A stretch of DNA of 64,000 nt from Octopus vulgaris (taxonomy: Eukaryota): positions 28,024,001 through 28,088,000 of the forward strand of contig OX597837.1 in assembly GCA_951406725.2 (NCBI GenBank), written 5' to 3'. Of this stretch, positions 55,479 to 64,000 are shown one piece after another (within the stretch, counting starts at the first letter, position 1; every line of letters starts with the position of its first letter). Below the pieces are notes generated by a model. It saw only the letters and a program-made list of their open reading frames with translations, ran no database searches and was not told where the DNA came from. A program made the position numbers and the translations under genes.

Positions 55479-55672
55479 AGGGAGAGTTTACCAAAAAAAA
55501 CAAAAGACGAAGACAGGTGGTGTATAAAACAAACAGATGTATTAGTATAGCGCTCAGGAATAGAAAAAGTCTTTTACGTTTCGAGCCTACGCTCCTCTAC
55601 AGAAAGGGACACAGAACAAAAAGGAGAGGAAAGAAAAAAAATGTGCGTAGTTGCAAACGATCTATCATGGCG
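55479..55672 (-). mobile_element. Variant-hammerhead element, copy 4
   Basis: CTGTAGA-g-GAGC-gtag-GCTC-GAAAC-GTA at 55569-55610 (-). Confidence 0.75.
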
Positions 55673-56199
55673 TTATGTATTATAGACATTGTCCCAGCTC
55701 TAGATACTTGTTTGAAATGTGTGCCGTCATTATAAGGCACCTGTGTGTGTGTGTGTGCGCGCGCATGTATTGATCACTAATAAATTTAATCGATTGAGTA
55801 TAATATGCTTCACTGAAGAGGCGCAATTAAACTGAAACACGTACATTGTTTTCCCCAGTTGTCTCTAAAGATGAGATCGTTCAAGTCCACAACCAACCGT
55901 TTTAGCAAAGTTAGCAGACACAACGCAGAGATATAAAGAAGAAAAATGATGCACTGTGTCACGACTGAAACGTGTGATTGACTTCATTGGCGTACCCACA
56001 ATATATAACTGGTATTTCAGTTATCGAATCTGGATATATTTGGACTCACAAGGCAAATCTTTATAATATATCAAAACATTTGCCAATATTCTGAATAGCT
56101 ATCAACTCGCGTAATCAAGAAATATCCCTCCACTTATGTATCTTCTATACCCCACCAAATTTATTGTCTTCTAGTATAAACACACGGTCATATACCTTG

Positions 56200-56718
56200 G
56201 TGGGCGGTTAGTTATGCATATCGACCGCAGTGAATGACTGGTATTTGATTTTTATCAACATTGGGAAGATGTAAGGTAGGGAAATAAGTTACTATGGATG
56301 ACGAAAAATCTCTCAACGGGATTTGAACTCGGAACGTAAAGGTGAAAAGATATAACATTGTACGGTGTTATCTTGAATAGCATATAATGTTACAGAATCG
56401 TCGATTATATTGACCCCAGCATTTGACAAGTTCTTTATTTTATCGACCCCGAAAGAATGAAATACCAAAATTGGCCTCAGAACATAGAAAGTCAGAAGAA
56501 ATTCCACTGAACACATTTCCGACGCTCTGACGATACTGCCAGCATGCCACAATAATAATACTTCCTACTTTAGGCAAAAAAGAGTCTGAAATGAGGAGGG
56601 AAGAGGCTTGTCGATCTCGACGGAATTTGAACGCGGAACGTAAAGACGAGCGAAATGCCGCTAAGCACTTTGCCCGGCGTGCTAACAGTTCTGCCAGCTT
56701 ACCGCCTTAATAATAATA

Positions 56719-56753
<35 letters not shown>

Positions 56754-57125
56754 AATTTTGGCATAAGGCCAGCAAGCTCTGGGCAGAGGCAAGTCTATTA
56801 CATCGACCCCAGTTTTCAACTGGTACTTATTTTACCGACACCAAAAAGATGAAAGGCAAATTCGAGCTCAGCAGGATTTGAACTCAGAGCCTAAAGACGA
56901 ACGAAATGCCGCTAAGCATTTTGTTCGGAGTGCTAATGATTCGGCCAGCACATAATAATAATAATAATAATAATAATAATTCTTTCAAAATTTGGCACAA
57001 GGCCATCGATTTTGAGGAAGGAAGGGGATTAGTCGATGTCATCACTACATCGTTAATTGGCTTGTAATTTATTCTATCGACCCTGAAATGACGAGACAAA
57101 GCTGCTTTCTACGGGATTTGAACTC
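56200..57125 (-). mobile_element. Cluster of old family B SINE fragments separated by (AAT)n
   Basis: Repeated atcgacccc...gaaagg..., atttgaactc and ctgccagc motifs. Other old copies at 52180-52590 (+) and 59993-60205 (+). Confidence 0.7.
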
Positions 57126-57644
57126 GTCTTGTGTTGTGTTGTGTGCGCGCGTGCGTTTAGGTTCAAAGCAATCTATTTTTAGATCAGCAAATGAGGTGAT
57201 GTGATTTCATGAAACAGAATCGAAACGCCGTGTGTATATATGTGTATATATACATACATAATACATACATAATATATACATGTGTATGTGTGTCTATATA
57301 TTTTAAACTTTGTATTGCGCGTATGTGTGTGTGTGTACATGTATGTGTCAATCTGCTTGTGTGCGTCTGTATCTATCTATGTGTGTGTGTGTATCTGAGC
57401 ATGTATGAAAAATCACAACTACAGTTTCATTTGGAAAGGAGTTTTCCTCTTTATGATAAGTAGTGTTGCTCAATCACTCGCTCATATTCCTTGTCCGCCT
57501 CTTTCTCTCTCTCTATCTCTCTTACTCTCCCTCTCTCTCTCTGCCACATATTTTATCTCGGACTTCATCTTTACACGGATGAGGCAGCCTCAATTGAATT
57601 GCTCTCGGGGTACAACTGGTCTTTCTGTTTGTTTTTTTTTCTTT

Positions 57645-58165
57645 CTTTTTACTTGTTTCAGTCATTTTGACAGCGGCCATGCTGGAGCACCGCCTTTAGT
57701 CGAGCAAATCGACCCTCAGGACTTATTCTTCTGTAAGCCCAGTGCCGAACCACTAAGTGACGGGGACGTAAACACACCAGCATCGGTTGTCAAGCAATGC
57801 TAGGGGGACAAACACAGACACGCAAACATATACACATACATACATATACATAAATATACATATATACGACAGGCTTCTATCGGTCTCTTTTGCCGAACCG
57901 CTAAGTGACGGGGACGTAAACACACCAGCATCGGTTGTCAAGCAATGCTAAGGGGACAAACACAGACACGCAAACACACACATACATATATATACATATA
58001 TACGACAGGCTTCTTTCAGTTTCCGTCTACCAAATCCACTCACAAGGCATTGGTCGGCCCGGGGCTATAGCAGAAGACACTTGCCCAAGATGCCACGCAG
58101 TGGGACTGAACCCGGAACCATGTGGTTGGTTAGCAAGCTACTTACCACACAGCCACTCCTGCGTC
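57645..58165 (-). mobile_element. SINE family A with partial internal tandem duplication
   Basis: The segment gccgaacc...acgacaggcttct occurs twice (57744-57878 and 57892-58012). Confidence 0.85.
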
Positions 58166-58569
58166 TATATACTTATATATTTATGATAATTTCTTAATGA
58201 GTCGAAAAACCTGGAACGATGGGACGAGGTAATCCTTTCACTGGAAATTTCTCCTGAATGCAGCAGAGAGAGGGGTATCTGCTTGAGGTACCCGAGGGTA
58301 TTCGGGTGGGGTTTAATAGGATGACTAAGTTCAACAAGCAAGAGAAGGAATTATCTCGTTCACGGGTTCCGACACAGTTTCTGTCGACCAAATTCTAACC
58401 ATAAGTCTTTGGCTGGTCCCTGGCTCTGATAGAAGATATTCGTTCGAGGTATCGCACAATTGATTTGAACTCAAAACAACGTTGTGACAAAGTGAACTTT
58501 TTAAAACACAGTTATGTCTGCAGCAATAGTGTTGAACGTGCGTGTGTGTTTATTTATATATATATATAT

Positions 58570-58748
58570 ATGTGTGTGTGTGTTTGCTTATGTGTGTGTG
58601 TGTGTGTGTTTGCTTATGTGTGTGTGTGTGTGTGTGTTTGCTTGTATGTGTGTGTGTGTGTGTGTGTTTGTTTGCTTGTGTGTGTGTGTGTTTGCTTGTG
58701 TGTGTGTGTTTGCTTGTATGTATGTGTGTGTGTGTGTGTTTGCTTGTA

Positions 58749-58779
<31 letters not shown>

Positions 58780-59060
58780 GTATGTGTGTGTGTGTGTGTG
58801 TGTTTGCTTGTATGTGTGTGTGTGTGTGTGTTTGCTTGTATGTGTGTGTGTGTGTGTTTGCTTGTATGTGTGTGTGTGTGTGTGTTTGCTTGTATGTGTG
58901 TGTGTGTGTGTTTGCTTGTATGTATGTGTGTGTGCATTTGCTTGTATGTGTGTGTGTGTGTGTTTGCTTGTATGTGTGTGTGCTTGTGTGTGTGTGCTTG
59001 TGTGTGTGTGTGTGTGTGTGTGTGTTGTTTGTGTGTGCTTGTTTGTATGTGTGTGTGTAT
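58570..59060. repeat. Minisatellite (GT)n-TTGCTTGTAT
   Basis: Direct reading. Confidence 0.92.
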
Positions 59061-59694
59061 AAGTCGTCTCCCGCGGGACTTGAATCCAGAACATGAGTGG
59101 AGGGGCTTTTTTTTTCTTTTCTTTTCTCTTTCACTTTTTTTTTAAATACTTTTCCTTTATCAAGGTGAAACTAGCCATTCCGGAAGCCCAGCTAATAATA
59201 ATCCGATACAGAAAGATCAGAATTGGTGCAGTGGTGTGGACATAACAATGGATAAACACAAGCACACAAACGACTGAACTTACTGAAGTGGCGGAATTGG
59301 TAGTGACTTTGTGCTAAATAATTACATACTTTTGCGATTTGAGTACACACACCTTGAATTTCCCCCTTTCGAGAAAGATAAGCAAAACACCAATAACGTA
59401 CCAGGGTATACACACCCGACTATACTACTGACATCTACAATATTTGGCCTTGCAGAAGCGTTATGTCGTTTTAACACCAGGTAAAATTTTGGGCCAATAA
59501 TGATCAAATGTATTCCAGTCATGACTGTCCCCTCTTTATGAGTTCGATTGCCAGATTATCCATCTCCGTTGCTTAAGATAACAGGGTTTGGACTATCCCC
59601 TTTTTATGGGAGATCGATGACCAGATTATCCATCTCCGTTACTTAAGATAACAGGGTTTGATTTGAGGGAGATTTGAGAGCTATTTCTAGAGAA

Positions 59695-59920
59695 GTGGTT
59701 CTCAACTATTTTTTACCCGTGAACCCTTTGGATTATTATTTTACTTGGGGCGGGAGGGACCCTGATAGGCATTCGATGTCTAAAAACTTTATTTATTTGA
59801 TTAAATATTTTTGTATAAAAAAGTGTTCAAATATGTTGTCAATTGTTGAAGTCTAAGCAATTTATAGTAGATAAATTTTTAAAAAAATTTATATGGACCC
59901 CCTGTTGAGGACCTCTCTGC
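59695..59920. mobile_element. hAT/Charlie-like MITE remnant
   Basis: agtggttctcaac ... gttgaggacctct termini with internal ggacccc motifs. Confidence 0.5.
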
Positions 59921-61277
59921 TCGAGGGGGTCGAGTAACCATGCAAAGGCCTCCCCCCATCCGCTGATTTGTAATTATTAATTATAATATGATGGACGGTG
60001 TTGGGCAGAATCGTTAGCGCTTCAGACAAAAATGCATAGCGGTACTCCTTCCGACTCTTTACGTTCTAAGTTCGAATTCCGCCGTGGTCGACTTTACTTT
60101 TCATATCCATTCGGGGTCGATAAAGTATCAATCAAGCATTGAGATCGATGTAATCGACGTCACCCCTCCCTCTAAAATTGCTGACCTAGTACCCAAATTT
60201 GAAGGTATTATTTATGATTTGGTGGGGTGGGAGTAAACGTTCAACAATCTACAAGGCAGTTTCAATCCTTGGTGAAAGGTATCTCCAATTTAAATTAACA
60301 CGTTCGAAAAGGCAGGGACATCACAACATTTTCTTGTGAAAAGCAAAAGGTTGTACTTTAATATGCGTTATAATAATCATAAAATATGCAAATAAGGCTT
60401 TTGGTTGGTAAGACGATCGATACAAGCATGTCTTCATATTCTTGTATTAAAAGAAAACCTGGTTTACTCTTAATGAAATTACGGCAATTTAGAGATTCTT
60501 GAATGGAAATAAGGAATTAGTTTGTTAATAATTGACTTTTAAGACTGGGTTTGCAACGAGGAAATCGTTGGTTTGCTACCTGAGGTGTTGAAAATATCCC
60601 CAACTGTTGTGAATGCCAAAGCATTGACGGAACTTCTTGTGAGATGATTTATGTCCATTGCTACAGTTCTTAGAATATGACCTAGAAACTGAAGTCCTTT
60701 AAAACTGAAGTCGATATAGGTTTGCTTTAGGTATCTCAGCGACTAACTTTGGTCGCAGTCAAAGAGCTGGTACGGACAGGATTAACAAGGGAACGTGAAA
60801 TTATGTTATATAACTTTGTGAGTGGTGATGATCGAAGTATCACTCTCACTGGGCCCGACTATATTAGTGGATAAAGTTACTGCAGGGTTTAGGGATAACT
60901 AGCTTTCGAAGTTCCATGTCGCATGGGAAAAGTAACGAGATACCAGTTGCTTGGTAAAAATGTGGGGAAAAAAGAAATAAAATTTTCCGAAAAGAGATTC
61001 TTTACCCGACCTCAATATCGTAATTTCCGTTGTCTGAAACACGAAAATACTAACAAGGAAAAAGTGGAAAAGTATATTTAAAAAATGCTCTATTCTTTCC
61101 CCATGAGGTAAGGGACTTCAAGGAATTGGTATTCCCAAAATCAGGCAAAGTTATATAGATGTCTTTGGAGAACATGCATGAAAACCACCAAGGTTCACAC
61201 CACCTCGATGTCGTTCCACTTAGAAAAGATGGTATTCTGCCAAATTTTGATATTAAACACACACACACACACACATG

Positions 61278-61500
61278 TGATGGGGGTGGTGCTGAAAAGC
61301 TCCTGGCTTTAAGAGAATCGCGAAAGGCCTTGATGGAGGCCTAACCGTACGAGTTCTTTCACAAGGCTTAGAAAAACTGAAGGACCGTTGCAATAAGTGC
61401 GTGCATCTGAGGGGTGAATATGTTGAATAAAATCATAATTAACTAACCCAGCTGTATTTTCATTTACCCAAAGCCAAGAACTTTTCAGTACCCGTTCGTT
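61278..61500 (+). mobile_element. Mariner-derived non-autonomous element
   Basis: TIRs ggtgctgaaaagctcctggcttt / aaagccaagaacttttcagtacc; internal LKDRCNKCVHLRGEYVE* mariner C-terminus. Confidence 0.8.
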
Positions 61501-61514
61501 TGTGTATGTGTGTG

Positions 61515-61578
<64 letters not shown>

Positions 61579-62029
61579 TACTTACATACACCCGCATCAT
61601 CGGTACTTCTATTATTAGCATCTTCATGTCACAGAAGGTTAGATCTTGGTATTCATTACGTTCCAGGTTGGTGGCATCACATTCTGTTTATATAACCCAT
61701 TGACAGACTTCCTTGAATTCTAGCAGAGACGGCATCGATTGTTGGATGGGGGCTGGAGTTTTTTTGTTTCTTACTTAATGGAGGCGTGAAATCTTTTTAC
61801 ACACACACACACGCACACATGAAGGTTGCTTATTATAACCACGGGTAATGCTTTGGACCGGTTATTGTAATCGGAAAGGCGTCATCCCAAAGTGATTACT
61901 ATAAGCGGCTCCCACTAATAAATAAATAAATAAACAAATAAATAAATGTGTATTTGTGTTTGTCATCACCTTTTGTAGGCATCATCTGAATTTTCGTTTA
62001 GATAATATAACGCAAAACCTCTGTGTGCA

Positions 62030-62434
62030 TTGAGTGTGTGTGAGAGAGATATTGTGTTGTGTGTGTATGTATGATAGGGGGGGACAGTGTATGTGTGTGT
62101 GAGGGAGACTGTGTGTGAGTGTGTGTGTGTGTGACAGATATTGTGTTGTGTGTGTGTGTATGTATGATAGAAAGAGGGACAGTGTGTGTGAGAGAGAGCG
62201 AGAGAGACTGTGTGAGAGAGAGAGACTCTGTGTGTGTGTGTGTGACAGATATTGTGTTGTGTGTGTATGTATGATAGAGGGAGGGACAGTGTATGTGTGT
62301 GTGTGAGGGAGACTGTGTGAGAGAGAGAGACTCTGTGTGTGTGTGTGTGACAGATATTGTGTTGTGTGTGTATGTATGATAGAGGGAGGGACAGTGTATG
62401 TGTGTGTGTGAGGGAGACTGTGAGAGAGAGAGAG

Positions 62435-62466
<32 letters not shown>

Positions 62467-62541
62467 ACAGATATTGTGTGGTGTGTCTGTGTATGTATGA
62501 TAGAAAGAGGGACAGTGTGTGTGTGAGAGAGAGAGAGAGAC

Positions 62542-62572
<31 letters not shown>

Positions 62573-62620
62573 CTGTGTGTGTGTGTGAGAGAGAGAGAGA
62601 GACACACACACAAACACAAA
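62030..62620. repeat. ~90-bp higher-order minisatellite built from GT/GA microsatellites
   Basis: Recurring gacagatattgtgttg...gtatgatag...gggacagtg...gagact units. Confidence 0.88.
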
Positions 62621-62869
62621 CTGTGAGAGTGTGTGACTGTGGAGTGTGTGGGGGAGGGAGAGAATGTGTCCGTGTGTGTGAAGTGGGGGGAATACATACA
62701 TATATGTGTGTGTGTGTGTTGTAGTGTGAGAGTGTATGCAAGAGATAATGTGTGTGTGTGTGTGTATGTCATACAGCGGTATCATGAAAAAGCACAAGAC
62801 AAAGCTCGAATTTAAACCCACACACATTCACACACACACACACACACACACAGACACACAGACACACAC

Positions 62870-63017
62870 ACACACAGAATTTCAGTTTGAAAGAAAAAAC
62901 ACTCACACACACACACACAGAATTTCAGCCTGAAAGAAAAACACTCACTCACACACACACACACAGAAATTCAGTTTGAAAGAAACACACACACACAGAA
63001 CTTCACTTTGAAAGAAA

Positions 63018-63052
<35 letters not shown>

Positions 63053-63250
63053 TTTCAGTTTGAAAGAAAAACACACACACACACACACACAGAATTTCAG
63101 TTTGAAAGAAAAACACTCACACACACACACACACACAATTTCAGTTTGAAAGAAAAACACTCACACACACACACACACAATTTCAGTTTGAAAGAAAAAC
63201 ACTCACACACACACACACAATTTCAGTTTGAAAGAAAAACACACATACAC
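62870..63250. repeat. Minisatellite AATTTCAGTTTGAAAGAAAA-(CA)n, ~9 copies
   Basis: Direct reading; starts about 170 bp downstream of the exon-1 donor. Confidence 0.92.
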
Positions 63251-63420
63251 ACACAAACACGAACGCACTCACACGCATGACGCTTCTTAATTCCAGAGAG
63301 TAAAAACATACACAAAACACAACAGACAAAGCGGGAGAGAGAGAAAGAAAGAAAGAAAGAGACACACAAAAAAAAAAAGAAAAAGCGAATTATTAAATAA
63401 AAAAATCCAAATTTACTTAC

Positions 63421-63496
63421 ATTCTAAAGCAAAATTGGAATGCTCGCTTCCATCCATTGCTAAAATGACATTTCGTTTTTCACCTGTCGTCGCCAT
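63421..63496 (-). CDS. Universal stress protein (UspA-like) gene, coding exon 1
   Basis: Minus strand reads ATG GCG ACG ACA GGT ... TTA GAA T|GTAAGT = MATTGEKRNVILAMDGSEHSNFALE plus 1 nt. This matches the USP N-terminal motif (R-x-V-x-x-A-x-DGS-x-x-S-x-x-A). Consensus GTAAGT donor at 63420-63415, phase 1. Confidence 0.88.
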
Positions 63497-63743
63497 CGTA
63501 AATATATTATTATTTATATATCGATATATATATATTATATATTATATACTCCGTTATATATATATATAATATATATATATATTTCTATTTATATACACTC
63601 CGAATAGTGAAAGGGAAAATGGGAACGATATCTGTTGACTGACGCTTACGATTATCTCGTTCTTATTTTAAGAATAACCAGTTTCCAAATGTACGTAGAT
63701 CTTCCACACTGCTTCTTGAAATAATAATAATGACGACGATGTT

Positions 63744-63781
<38 letters not shown>

Positions 63782-63839
63782 TGTTGTGGTATGTTGTTGC
63801 TGTTATTGTTATTATTATGGAGCGACTGCTAATACAGAA

Positions 63840-64000
63840 AACAACAACCAGCTTCCACTACTTGCTTGCTTCCACTGACTGAGCTGCCCGAGTGCGACAC
63901 ACGCTACACTCTGCAAGCGGCAAACGAGCTGAACTCGGAGCGAGGCTCTCTACTCACCGTGTGCGTCTGTGTGAGCGTGAGCGCGCGCTTATGTGTTTGT
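63840..64000 (-). promoter_or_regulatory. Candidate TSS / 5' UTR region of the USP gene
   Basis: Unique, relatively CpG-rich sequence about 350-500 bp upstream of the ATG. TCAGT initiator-like motifs on the minus strand near 63874-63882 and a possible GTGAGT donor near 63952-63957. Inference only. Confidence 0.3.

Noticed and set aside
55811-55848. CTGAAGA...GAAAC-ac-GTA hammerhead-like motif; also 43652-43702 and 38050-38115
   Set aside because: Stems I and II or the core do not pair adequately; at best decayed remnants.
62870-63250. CRISPR-like look (conserved repeat plus spacer); also 35688-35921
   Set aside because: Spacers are (CA)n or absent, there are no cas genes, and the context is eukaryotic.

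Overview
Repeat-saturated animal genomic DNA, most likely octopus or another coleoid cephalopod (inferred from the tRNA-derived SINE families and very high microsatellite density; not verified). Nearly all supplied ORFs are microsatellite or SINE artefacts. The one host gene I can support is absent from the ORF track: a minus-strand universal stress protein (USP/UspA-like) gene. Coding exon 1 (63421-63496) and exon 2 (8360-8443) splice in phase across a 54,977-bp intron, giving MATTGEKRNVILAMDGSEHSNFALEFYKRNIYHPRDKVIAVHVPEYHKLQNSP; later exons appear to lie outside the window. The introns hold four SINE families, decayed CR1, RTE, CRE and R4/Dong LINEs, a mariner, Helitron-like elements, MITEs and a U6 pseudogene abutting a SINE head. 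The most notable hidden layer is about ten type I hammerhead ribozyme (HHR) motifs on small Penelope-LTR- or retrozyme-like inserts. These include a rod-shaped ~285-nt insert with a U3:A8 core, an HHR overlapping a 74-bp foldback, and a multicopy family with a CUGUAGA variant core. All structures were paired by eye; no searches or folding programs were run.
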